Assembly: GCA_050633405.1 (NCBI GenBank)
Contig: JBOEGL010000007.1
Span: forward strand, 184,892 to 248,891
DNA from: Cognatishimia sp.
Lineage (GTDB): Bacteria > Pseudomonadota > Alphaproteobacteria > Rhodobacterales > Rhodobacteraceae
Length of the DNA stretch: 64,000 nt
Direction of reading: 5' to 3'
Of the stretch, positions 1-8,198 are shown piece after piece. The notes beneath the pieces were generated by a model. It ran no database searches. It was given only the letters and a program-made list of their open reading frames with translations, and was not told the DNA's origin. Made by a program: the position numbers and the translations under genes. The stretch's first letter is position 1; the number at the start of each line of letters is the position of its first letter.

Positions 1-142
1 GCTCAAACTCTTGGTGCAATGTGAAATCGGCGTTGGGCAGATTAAACCATTGTGCCACTAGGTCTGCCTTGGTCAAGTAGGACCAGACATGGGCGCGCGG
101 GGCGGCCAGAAAGAGGTGTTTGTTGATTTCAATATCACTCAT
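1..142 (-). CDS. SRPBCC/START-like (AHSA1-type) domain protein, N-terminal part; runs off the window edge
   Basis: ATG at 142 overlaps the ArsR stop (ATGAGTGA). Translates MSDIEINKHLFLAAPRAHVWSYLTKADLVAQWF, a typical AHSA1/SRPBCC N-terminus (A-P-x3-VW-x2-LT-x6-WF). Confidence 0.8.
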   Translation of the reverse strand, partial: MSDIEINKHLFLAAPRAHVWSYLTKADLVAQWFNLPNADFTLHQEFE

Positions 143-470
143 TGGGTGTGCTTTCGGTTGTGCCGGTCTCGACGAGGCTTTTTAAATTTGCGAGCTTCTC
201 ATCCCAGAAACTCTCGAAGGAGCTTAGCCAGTCAAAGGCCGGCTGCATGGCCTTTGGGTTCAACTGGTTCAGTTTTTCGCGGCCGCGGGTTTGCACATGG
301 ATCAAATTGCCCTGTTCCAGAATGGTCAGGTGCTTTTTGACAGCGCCACGGGTCATTTCAAACTGATCCGAAATCTGAGCGATGGTCAGGCTGTCTTTTT
401 TGGACAGCATCACCAAAATATCACGCCGGGTTGGATCAGCCAGGGCGCGAAAAATGGGCTGCATCTGCAT
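135..470 (-). CDS. ArsR/SmtB family transcriptional regulator
   Basis: FRALADPTRRDIL...MTRGAVKKHLTILEQGNLI...GRE motif. Start placed at ATG 470 with AGGAG 5 nt upstream. Confidence 0.9.
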   Translation of the reverse strand: MQMQPIFRALADPTRRDILVMLSKKDSLTIAQISDQFEMTRGAVKKHLTILEQGNLIHVQTRGREKLNQLNPKAMQPAFDWLSSFESFWDEKLANLKSLVETGTTESTPNE

Positions 471-483
471 TGGGGCTCCTGAT

Positions 484-526
484 ATGTTACCAATTGGTGA
501 TGTATTTAATGTTACCATTTGGTGTT
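484..526. promoter_or_regulatory. Tandem palindromic operators (ATGTTACCAATTGGTGAT / ATGTTACCATTTGGTGTT), probable ArsR autoregulatory sites
   Basis: Two near-identical 18-mers with a 25-bp period, centred on ACCAWTTGGT. They lie between a minus-strand TTGACA (533-528) and the ArsR start. Confidence 0.65.
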
Positions 527-571
527 ATGTCAAGTCCTAGCAGCTCACTCTGCTAGGGGGGGTTGATCTTT

Positions 572-586
572 GTTCATGAATTGTTC
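572..586 (+). promoter_or_regulatory. LexA (SOS) box, alphaproteobacterial type GTTC-N7-GTTC
   Basis: GTTC ATGAATT GTTC, 11 nt upstream of the mmcB ATG. Confidence 0.85.
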
Positions 587-597
587 ACGGTGTTGTT

Positions 598-1062
598 ATG
601 ACAGAAAACCCAGCTCTTTCACTGCAACCCGGCCAGCTATTGGCCCGTGGTGTCGGCCGCCATCTGCGCAGCCATGGTTTTGTTTCGATAGAAGAATTTG
701 TGCCTGAACGCGGCAAACGCGTGGATGTGATGGCGCTGGGCCCCAAAGGGGAACTTTGGGTGATCGAGTGTAAATCGAGCCTGGCGGATTTTCAGTCAGA
801 CCACAAATGGCAGGGCTATCTGGAATGGTGTGATCGGTATTTTTGGGCGGTGGATACCGCCTTTCCAACCGAAATTTTGCCAGATGGGACCGGGCTGATC
901 ATCGCTGATTCTTATGATGCAGAACTTATTCGCATGGGGCCCGAAGCCAAACTCGCAGCGGCACGTCGCAAAAAGATCATTCAAAAATTCGCCATGGATG
1001 CAGCTCGGCGGCTGCACAGATTTCGCGACCCTAAATTGCTGCCTTTGCCAGATGAAACCTGA
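598..1062 (+). CDS. mmcB: MmcB family DNA repair putative endonuclease
   Basis: RVDVMAL...IWVIECKSS.ADF.SD.KWQGYLEWCDRYFWAV-type PD-(D/E)XK motif; upstream LexA box. Confidence 0.85.
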   Translation: MTENPALSLQPGQLLARGVGRHLRSHGFVSIEEFVPERGKRVDVMALGPKGELWVIECKSSLADFQSDHKWQGYLEWCDRYFWAVDTAFPTEILPDGTGLIIADSYDAELIRMGPEAKLAAARRKKIIQKFAMDAARRLHRFRDPKLLPLPDET

Positions 1063-1251
1063 CTATTTGCCCATCTGAGCAGCGGTCTGGGCCGCAGCGC
1101 GAATTTCTTCTGCGATCTCTTCGGCCTCATCCGGAGAGAAATCCATCGGAATCTCAAGCGTGCCCGCTTCGATGAAGATGCGCACAAACCCCTGATCAGT
1201 TGGCCCGATTTGCAGATTTGCTTCGACGTCGCGTTCGGTATTAATGCCCAT
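1063..1251 (-). CDS. Small conserved acidic hypothetical protein (62 aa; DUF6324-like)
   Basis: MGINTERDVEANLQIGPT...MDFSPDEAEEIAEEIRAAA; AGGAG RBS upstream of ATG 1251. Confidence 0.7.
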   Translation of the reverse strand: MGINTERDVEANLQIGPTDQGFVRIFIEAGTLEIPMDFSPDEAEEIAEEIRAAAQTAAQMGK

Positions 1252-1399
1252 TTCATCTCTCCTTGCCTGATTTGGGCCTAGCGGTATATGCTGTTTTTTG
1301 CAAGGTGCTGGCCTGAACGACATTCGCAAAGCAAATCCCGATTTTTTGCGATTTTCATGCTTGCATTTGCCACAGGGGAAATGTACATCGCCCCAGCGT

Positions 1400-1476
1400 G
1401 CCGCCTTAGCTCAGTAGGTTAGAGCGCCTGATTGTGGATCAGGAGGTCCCCCGTTCGAGCCGGGGAGGTGGTACCA
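1400..1476 (+). tRNA. tRNA-His (GUG)
   Basis: Cloverleaf: acceptor GCCGCCT/AGGTGGT, D-arm GCTC..GAGC, anticodon arm CCTGA-TTGTGGA-TCAGG, T-loop GTTCGAG, encoded A-CCA end. Confidence 0.97.
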
Positions 1477-1507
1477 TTTCCCAGCTTTAAATTTGATGAA
1501 ATACCTA

Positions 1508-1571
1508 GATTTGTTCTTGACCCAAATACCCTGGGGAGGCTGAAACGTGTTTTCAGCCGGGGCGAAGCTCC
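1508..1571 (+). repeat. Dispersed structured intergenic repeat, copy 1
   Basis: Core TTTGTTCTTGACCCAAATACC (1510-1530), hairpin GGCTGAAA-CGTGT-TTTCAGCC, terminal GGGGC-GAA-GCTCC. The core recurs at 5371-5391 and 14643-14663 on the minus strand. Confidence 0.85.
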
Positions 1572-1580
1572 TCTCAAGAT

Positions 1581-1874
1581 CTAGTCGACCGTGATGGTTT
1601 GCTTCAGACTGCCGGTCAGTGCGTCAAAAATCAGAATGTGATTGTCTGCTGTGACCACGGCATACCAATCCTTGCCACGGGTAAAGGCCGTAGCTTTGGA
1701 CCCGTCCGGCAAGTCGATGGATGTCGGCATTTCTGGACCAGCGCCATAGAAACGGGTGACAAGCAGGCCAACCACCACTACAAGCCCGCCAATCATCACC
1801 ACCGTCAGCACTGTGATCAACTGGCGCAAAAACCGCAAATTTGCCGGTTCTACCGGTTCAGGAGTGTCATCCAT
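1581..1874 (-). CDS. Small membrane protein (DUF6476-like)
   Basis: One TM helix (LITVLTVVMIGGLVVVVGLLV) followed by a LPDG...AFTRG.DWYAVVT domain. Start at 1874 or 1880. Confidence 0.75.
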   Translation of the reverse strand: MDDTPEPVEPANLRFLRQLITVLTVVMIGGLVVVVGLLVTRFYGAGPEMPTSIDLPDGSKATAFTRGKDWYAVVTADNHILIFDALTGSLKQTITVD

Positions 1875-2904
1875 GGCCACCGCTCATGTTACGTTTCAAA
1901 TTGCGGACAACCCGCCTGCGCGTCTTGATAAAGCCTTGGCGCGCGATGTGCCAGCAGAAGCCGCGCTGTCTCGCACCAGAATGGCGCGGTTGATGGCCGA
2001 CGGTCATGTTAAGGTGAACGGCGCGATTGCCACCGACCCGAAAGCAAAGATCGCCGAGGGGGCTGAAGTGGTGATTGTGGTGCCGGTCGCGGATGAAAGC
2101 CATATCGGCCCTGAAAATATTCCCTTGGATGTTATTTTTGAAGATGACGATCTGATTGTGATCAATAAAAGTGCGGGCATGGTGGTGCATCCGGCCCCTG
2201 GCACGCCTAACGGCACTTTGGTGAATGCGTTATTACATCACTGTGGTGACACGCTGTCTGGGGTGGGCGGATCAAAGCGTCCGGGCATTGTTCACCGGAT
2301 TGATAAGGAAACCTCTGGTCTGTTGGTGGTGGCCAAAACCGATCGTGCTCATCATGGATTGGCGGCGCAATTTGAGAAACACACCGTCGAGCGCTATTAC
2401 AATGCAGTGGTCTATGGGGTGCCTGATGCGCATGATCCCAGATTGCGTGGTGTGCGTGGCGTGAATTTTGAGCCCGGTAATATTATGAAGATCACCACGC
2501 ATTTGGCGCGGCATAAGACCGATCGTCAAAGGCAGGCGGTGTTGTTTGAAGGCGGGCGCCATGCGGTCACTCGCTCGCGCATTGTCGAACCCTTTGGAAC
2601 TCCTGAAGTGGCCTCATTGATCGAATGCTGGTTGGAAACCGGTCGCACGCATCAGATCCGGGTGCATATGACCCATGCGGGTCATAGTTTGATTGGCGAT
2701 CCAACTTATGGCGGGCGGCGGAAGTTATCTGAAAAGGCGTTAAGTGTGCAGGGCGTTCAAGCGGCGCGCAATTTTCCACGTCAGGCACTACATGCGGCGG
2801 TTTTAGGATTTGTACATCCGGTCAGTAAAGAAGATTTGCGGTTTGAGGCACCATTGCCAGAGGACATGACAAACTTGATTGCGGCGCTGCGGAAGCCGAC
2901 CTGA
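1873..2904 (+). CDS. rluD: RluA family 23S rRNA pseudouridine synthase (RluD-like)
   Basis: N-terminal S4 domain, catalytic GIVHRIDKETSG, GRTHQIRVH, RQALHA motifs. Confidence 0.92.
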   Translation: MATAHVTFQIADNPPARLDKALARDVPAEAALSRTRMARLMADGHVKVNGAIATDPKAKIAEGAEVVIVVPVADESHIGPENIPLDVIFEDDDLIVINKSAGMVVHPAPGTPNGTLVNALLHHCGDTLSGVGGSKRPGIVHRIDKETSGLLVVAKTDRAHHGLAAQFEKHTVERYYNAVVYGVPDAHDPRLRGVRGVNFEPGNIMKITTHLARHKTDRQRQAVLFEGGRHAVTRSRIVEPFGTPEVASLIECWLETGRTHQIRVHMTHAGHSLIGDPTYGGRRKLSEKALSVQGVQAARNFPRQALHAAVLGFVHPVSKEDLRFEAPLPEDMTNLIAALRKPT

Positions 2905-3221
2905 GCACGCAAAGCTGACAATAAGCGCCGAATATGCTACATTTGGCAGTGAGGCCTTTTGCCCGGGACCTTCAGTCAAATGGACTGATTTAATTTAGTT
3001 TTCTGAGTTTCGGGCCGATATACAAAGGCAGTGTTTGGGTACAGACAGAATTTCCGTCTGTGGAAATATGCGTAAGCGATATGCGTTTTCGCATAGACTC
3101 TGCACTTTCGCACGCTGTTGAAAGATGTCACAAATTGCACAGCGACGTGAGCGCACTACCCTGTGATTGGCATTATGTGAATGCTGCGTTCACAATTAAT
3201 TAAGAAAAAATTGCTAGCCCG

Positions 3222-3250
3222 CTTGAAAGCCTGTTAGCGCCAACCTATCT
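3222..3250 (+). promoter_or_regulatory. RpoH-type promoter upstream of rpoH
   Basis: CTTGAA-N16-CCTATCT, 37 nt upstream of the ATG; matches the alphaproteobacterial RpoH consensus. Confidence 0.7.
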
Positions 3251-3287
3251 GGATGTTAAGCCTTTAAACATTAAGGGGGACGAGAAG

Positions 3288-4184
3288 ATGAGTAATTATA
3301 AAAATCTCCCGGCACCAACGCCGGAAGGCGGTTTGAACCGCTATATGCAAGAAATTCGGAAGTTCCCGCTGTTGGAACCCGAAGAAGAATACATGCTGGG
3401 CAAAGCCTGGGCCGAAAAAGAAGACACGGAAGCCGCTCATAAGATGGTGACAAGCCATCTGCGTTTGGCGGCCAAGATTGCCATGGGGTACCGTGGCTAT
3501 GGTCTGCCGCAGGCCGAAGTGATTTCCGAGGCCAACGTGGGCCTGATGCAGGCCGTGAAACGCTTTGACCCAGAAAAGGGCTTTCGTCTGGCTACCTATG
3601 CTATGTGGTGGATCCGTGCCTCCATTCAGGAATACGTGCTGCGCAGCTGGTCGATGGTCAAGCTTGGTACAACCTCGGCTCAGAAAAAGCTGTTCTTTAA
3701 TCTGCGTAAAGCCAAAGCCCGTATTGGGGCGCTGGAAGAAGGCGACATGCGTCCGGAAAATGTGCAGCGCATTGCTCATGATTTGGGTGTAACCGAAGAC
3801 GAAGTTGTCAGCATGAACCGCCGTTTGTCCGGTGGCGATGCTTCGCTAAACGCGACGGTCGGCTCCGAAGGCGAAGGCACCATGCAATGGCAGGATTGGC
3901 TGGAAGACGAGGATGCGGATCAGGCGGGCGACTATGAAGCCAAAAATGAGTTGGAAGCGCGCCGTGAGCTTTTGGCCGAGGCTATGGATGTGCTGAACGA
4001 CCGCGAAAAGGACATCTTGGTGCAGCGTCGTCTGCAAGACAAAGTGATCACACTCGAAGAATTGAGTGGTCAGTATGATGTCAGCCGTGAGCGTATTCGT
4101 CAAATCGAAGTGCGCGCGTTTGAAAAACTTCAGGTGCGTATGCGCGCCCTGGCCAGCGACAAAGGCATGCTTGCACGCGCCTAA
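3288..4184 (+). CDS. rpoH: RNA polymerase sigma-32 factor
   Basis: Sigma70 regions 2-4, RpoH box QKKLFFNLRKAK, C-terminal VSRERIRQIE. Confidence 0.97.
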   Translation: MSNYKNLPAPTPEGGLNRYMQEIRKFPLLEPEEEYMLGKAWAEKEDTEAAHKMVTSHLRLAAKIAMGYRGYGLPQAEVISEANVGLMQAVKRFDPEKGFRLATYAMWWIRASIQEYVLRSWSMVKLGTTSAQKKLFFNLRKAKARIGALEEGDMRPENVQRIAHDLGVTEDEVVSMNRRLSGGDASLNATVGSEGEGTMQWQDWLEDEDADQAGDYEAKNELEARRELLAEAMDVLNDREKDILVQRRLQDKVITLEELSGQYDVSRERIRQIEVRAFEKLQVRMRALASDKGMLARA

Positions 4185-4222
4185 ACCTCCCTCGGAGCGC
4201 CGATACCTCCAGCGATCCAAGG

Positions 4223-4252
4223 AAAAGCCCCAGCCTTTTGGCCGGGGCTTTT
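4223..4252 (+). terminator. Intrinsic terminator after rpoH (bidirectional-looking)
   Basis: AAAAGCCCC-AGCCTTTTGGC-CGGGGCTTTT. Confidence 0.75.
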
Positions 4253-4325
4253 GTCGTTTTTGTTGGCTTGTGCGGTCATGGCCAGCTGCTAGTGTTTGCG
4301 CAAACGTAAATTTGTGGAGGGCGTT

Positions 4326-5297
4326 ATGGAAACTGTCAAATGGGGCATTTTAGGAGCCAGTAAGTTTGCCAAGGAACATATGGGCCCAGCCATTCACGCC
4401 GCCGATGGGGCTGAGCTTGTGGCGCTCGCAACGTCTTCGGCAGAAAAAGTCGCGCCCTTTCTGGCGTTCTGTCCAAACCTCAAAACCCATGGCAGCTATG
4501 ATGCATTGTTGGCAGATCCGGAAATCGATGCGGTCTATATCCCATTGCCCAATCACATGCATGTGGAATGGGCCCTAAGAGCCATGGCTGCGGGCAAGCA
4601 TGTGCTTTGCGAAAAGCCGATGGCTTTATGCGCAGATGATTTTGCTAAATTGATCGCGGCCCGGGATGCTTCGGGTTTGCTGGCGGCCGAAGCCTATATG
4701 ATCGCCCATCATCCGCAGTGGCAATATGTGCGGCAATTGTTGGCAGATCACGAGATCGGCACGTTGCGGCATGTGACCGGGGCCTTTTCTTTTAACAATC
4801 AGGATCAACCAGAGAATATCCGTAATAAGAGCGACACAGGTGGCGGGGCACTACGTGATATTGGCGTTTACACGCTGGGTTCGGTGCGCTTGGCGACCGG
4901 GCAAGAGCCATGCGAAGTGGCTGCACGTATACGTTGGGAAAACGCTGTTGATGTTTTCTCGGACGTGCAGGCGCAATTTTCCGGGTTCAGCTATTCGGCC
5001 TATGTCAGCACCCGTATGAAGCAACATCAGGATATGGTGTTTCATGGCAGCCGTGGTCTGATCCGGTTGATTGCACCGTTTAATCCAGGCGTATTTGCCG
5101 AGGGGCAGGTGGTTTTACAGCGGGATGGGCAAGACGATGTCATCCGGCGTTTTACCGGGGTGAACCAATATAGATTACAGGTCGAGGCATTTGGGCGCTC
5201 TGTTCGGGATGGCGTGGCGTACCCCTGCGCTTTGGAGTTTTCGCGCGGCACCCAGAAGATGATGGACCAAGTATTTGCGGTGGCGCGAGATCTGTAA
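4326..5297 (+). CDS. Gfo/Idh/MocA family oxidoreductase
   Basis: WGILGAS Rossmann start, DAVYIPLPNHMH, GKHVLCEKP, GGGALRDIGVY. Confidence 0.92.
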   Translation: METVKWGILGASKFAKEHMGPAIHAADGAELVALATSSAEKVAPFLAFCPNLKTHGSYDALLADPEIDAVYIPLPNHMHVEWALRAMAAGKHVLCEKPMALCADDFAKLIAARDASGLLAAEAYMIAHHPQWQYVRQLLADHEIGTLRHVTGAFSFNNQDQPENIRNKSDTGGGALRDIGVYTLGSVRLATGQEPCEVAARIRWENAVDVFSDVQAQFSGFSYSAYVSTRMKQHQDMVFHGSRGLIRLIAPFNPGVFAEGQVVLQRDGQDDVIRRFTGVNQYRLQVEAFGRSVRDGVAYPCALEFSRGTQKMMDQVFAVARDL

Positions 5298-5313
5298 GTG
5301 GGTCTGTCATGTA

Positions 5314-5341
5314 TTCCAGCGACGTCAAGACGTCGCTGGAA
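5314..5341. terminator. Perfect 13-bp hairpin between convergent genes
   Basis: TTCCAGCGACGTC-AA-GACGTCGCTGGAA. Confidence 0.6.
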
Positions 5342-5344
5342 CGT

Positions 5345-5391
5345 GGCCGAAACGCTGTTTCGGCCCTTTGGGTATTTGGGTCAAGAACAAA
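5345..5391 (-). repeat. Dispersed structured intergenic repeat, copy 3
   Basis: Minus strand reads TTTGTTCTTGACCCAAATACCC (22/22 identical to 1510-1531), then hairpin GGCCGAAA-CAGCG-TTTCGGCC. Confidence 0.85.
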
Positions 5392-5399
5392 GCCGCTGT

Positions 5400-7220
5400 C
5401 TAGGCTTCCATCGCCTCAAGCTCATCGATCATGTCAGAAATCATCGACAGGCCTTTGTCCCAGAACTTTGGATCGCTGGCATCAAGGCCAAAGGGGGCCA
5501 GCAGGTCTTTGTGGTGTTTAGAGCCGCCAGCTTTGAGCATATCAAAGTATTTTTCTTCGAAGTCCTCGCCGCCTTCGGCGTAAACCGCATAGAGCGCGTT
5601 TACCAAGCCGTCGCCAAAGGCATAGGCATAGACGTAGAAGGGCGAATGCACGAAGTGGGGGATGTAAGCCCAAAAGGTGTCATAGCCATCCATAAATTCA
5701 AACGCAGGCCCTAGGCTTTCGGCCTGAACTGACATCCAAAGTGCGTTGATGCCTTCAGGGGTCAATTCGCCATCGGCGCGGGCGTCGTGCAATTTGCATT
5801 CGAAGTCATAAAACGCGATTTGACGCACAACCGTGTTGATCATGTCTTCGACTTTTCCAGCCAACAGCACTTTGCGCTGTTCTTGGGTTTCGGCCTTGTC
5901 CAGCATCTTGCGGAAAGTCAGCATTTCGCCAAAGACAGAGGCGGTTTCCGCCAATGTCAGCGGTGTGGAGGACAGCATTTCGCCCTGTTCCGCAGCCAAT
6001 ACCTGGTGCACCCCATGGCCGAGTTCATGCGCCAGAGTCATCACGTCGCGTGGTTTGCCAAGGTAATTTAGCATCACATAGGGATGTACGTTGGTCACCG
6101 TTGGGTGGGCGAATGCGCCCGGGGCTTTGCCGGGTTTGACCTCGGCGTCGATCCAGCCTTTGGTGAAAAACGGCTCTGCTATCTCGGCCATGCGCGGATC
6201 GAAGGCGGCATAGGCTTCCATTACCGTGCTTTGGGCTTCGCTCCATGGTACAATACGGGTGTCTTCCATGGGCAGCGGCGCGTTGCGGTCCCAAACCTGC
6301 ATGACGTCAAGTCCCAGCCATTTGCGTTTGAGTTCATAATATCGGTGGCTGAGCTTGGGGTAGGCGGCGACAACCGCGTTGCGCAGCGCCTCCACCACTT
6401 CCGGCTCTACATCGTTTGACAAATGCCGCCCGGCCTGTGGTGACGGCATTTTGCGCCAACGGTCCATGACTTCTTTTTCTTTGGCCTGGGTGTTGTGCAC
6501 GCGGGCAAAGGTTTTGATGTTTGCCCCCAGCACGCGGGCGATTTCGCGGGATGCGGCTTCGCGTTTGCTGCGGTCTTGTTCAGTCAGGAAATTCAGGGTG
6601 GCTTCGATGTTCAGCTTTTCGCCTTCCATCTCAAATTCCAACCCGGCAATGGTTTCGTCAAACAGGCGCTCCCATGCGTCGCCCACCACGCCCAGATCGT
6701 GCAGGAACTTTTCCAGCTCGTCAGACAGTTGGTGGGGTTTCATGGCGCGGATGCGATCAAAAACAGGTTTGTAACGTGCTAGATCGGAGTTTTGAGCAAA
6801 CATTGCGGTCAGTTTGTCATCGTCAATGCGGTTCAGTTCCAGAGTGAAAAATACCAGCGGAGTCGAGAAATCTGTCAGTGCCTCTTGCATGTTGGACATA
6901 AATTGTGCGCGTTCTGCGTCGACCGTAACCTGATAATAGCGCAGGCCAGCATAAGACATGATACGGCCAGAAATCTGGCTGATTTTTTCGTTGCGCTGCA
7001 CGCAGGTCAAAAGGCCGGCGGCATCCAGATCGGCCAGTTTATCTTCGTAATCGGCCGCAAATGACGCGCATTCGCCCTCGAGCCACTCTAAGTCTTTGTC
7101 TAGTTCAGGCGCATCTGGGGAGGTGTATAGATCAGATAGATCCCATTCTGGCAGGCCCCCCAATCCTTCACCTCCGGCAGTGGCATTGGCGTCGCGGACG
7201 GGGAAGGGCAGGTTCAGCAT
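5400..7220 (-). CDS. pepF: M3 family oligoendopeptidase F
   Basis: HELGHGVH zinc motif, LAETASVFGE, WAYIPHF..PFYVYAY. Confidence 0.93.
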   Translation of the reverse strand: MLNLPFPVRDANATAGGEGLGGLPEWDLSDLYTSPDAPELDKDLEWLEGECASFAADYEDKLADLDAAGLLTCVQRNEKISQISGRIMSYAGLRYYQVTVDAERAQFMSNMQEALTDFSTPLVFFTLELNRIDDDKLTAMFAQNSDLARYKPVFDRIRAMKPHQLSDELEKFLHDLGVVGDAWERLFDETIAGLEFEMEGEKLNIEATLNFLTEQDRSKREAASREIARVLGANIKTFARVHNTQAKEKEVMDRWRKMPSPQAGRHLSNDVEPEVVEALRNAVVAAYPKLSHRYYELKRKWLGLDVMQVWDRNAPLPMEDTRIVPWSEAQSTVMEAYAAFDPRMAEIAEPFFTKGWIDAEVKPGKAPGAFAHPTVTNVHPYVMLNYLGKPRDVMTLAHELGHGVHQVLAAEQGEMLSSTPLTLAETASVFGEMLTFRKMLDKAETQEQRKVLLAGKVEDMINTVVRQIAFYDFECKLHDARADGELTPEGINALWMSVQAESLGPAFEFMDGYDTFWAYIPHFVHSPFYVYAYAFGDGLVNALYAVYAEGGEDFEEKYFDMLKAGGSKHHKDLLAPFGLDASDPKFWDKGLSMISDMIDELEAMEA

Positions 7221-7355
7221 AGGGGCCTCTTGGGTCAGGAATTCTGTTAGGTGTCAGATAGGCAGAGCAGGGGGCAAGGTGCAAGAGGCGGAGTGTTTTA
7301 AACTTGGTTTTGACGGGGCAGCGGTTAAGTTGAAGAGAGAGCAGGAGGCAGTCCT

Positions 7356-8192
7356 TTGAGATTTGTACGATTTGGTGAGATTGGGCAGGAACTACCGGGT
7401 ATTTTGGATGCCCAGGGGCAGGTTCGCAACCTCTCGGGGGTGGTCCCGGATATCGCAGGTGACGTTTTGGGGCACTTGGGGGATATCGACGTTGGTGAAT
7501 TGCCAGTTGTTCCTGGGAATCCGCGTTTGGGGCCCCCGGTGGGCGACACGGGTAAATTCATTTGCATCGGCTTGAATTACCGGGATCATGCCAAAGAGGC
7601 GGGCATGCCCATTCCTGAAGAGCCCATTGTGTTTATGAAGGCGACCAGCGCCATTGGCGGGGCAAATGACCCCATCGTGTTGCCGCTTGGATCAGAGAAA
7701 GGCGACTGGGAAGTTGAGCTGGGGGTGGTGATCGGCAAGACCGCCAAATATGTCAGCGAAGCTGAAGCGTTGGATTATGTGGCGGGCTATTGCGCCGTCA
7801 ACGATGTGTCAGAACGTGGGTTTCAGATAGAACGCGGTGGGCAATGGACCAAGGGCAAAAGCTGTGACAGCTTTGGCCCGCTGGGGCCTTGGTTGGTGAC
7901 GCCCGATGAAATTGGCGATCCGCAGGCCCTGGACATGTCCTTGTGGATCAATGGTGATTTGCGCCAAAGCGGATCGACATCGACAATGATCTTTCCTGTG
8001 GCCTATGTGATTTCCTACCTCAGCCAAATGATGCGCTTGGAGCCGGGTGATGTGATTGCAACCGGGACGCCGCCCGGAGTGGGCATGGGCATGAAACCAC
8101 CGCTATATTTGCAAGCTGGGGACGTGGTCGAACTGGAAATCCAAGGCTTGGGGCGTCAGCGTCAACGCGTCATGCGGGACGAAGTGCTGTAA
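7356..8192 (+). CDS. Fumarylacetoacetate hydrolase family protein
   Basis: GKFICIGLNYRDH, DWEVELGVVIG, NDVSER, GDVIATGTPPGVG. TTG start with GGAGG RBS. Confidence 0.92.
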   Translation: MRFVRFGEIGQELPGILDAQGQVRNLSGVVPDIAGDVLGHLGDIDVGELPVVPGNPRLGPPVGDTGKFICIGLNYRDHAKEAGMPIPEEPIVFMKATSAIGGANDPIVLPLGSEKGDWEVELGVVIGKTAKYVSEAEALDYVAGYCAVNDVSERGFQIERGGQWTKGKSCDSFGPLGPWLVTPDEIGDPQALDMSLWINGDLRQSGSTSTMIFPVAYVISYLSQMMRLEPGDVIATGTPPGVGMGMKPPLYLQAGDVVELEIQGLGRQRQRVMRDEVL

Positions 8193-8198
8193 GATACT

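Noticed and set aside
1400-1580. tRNA-His as a prophage/island attachment site
   Set aside because: There is no integrase nearby and I saw no duplicate of the tRNA 3' end elsewhere in the window; only the short repeat follows it.
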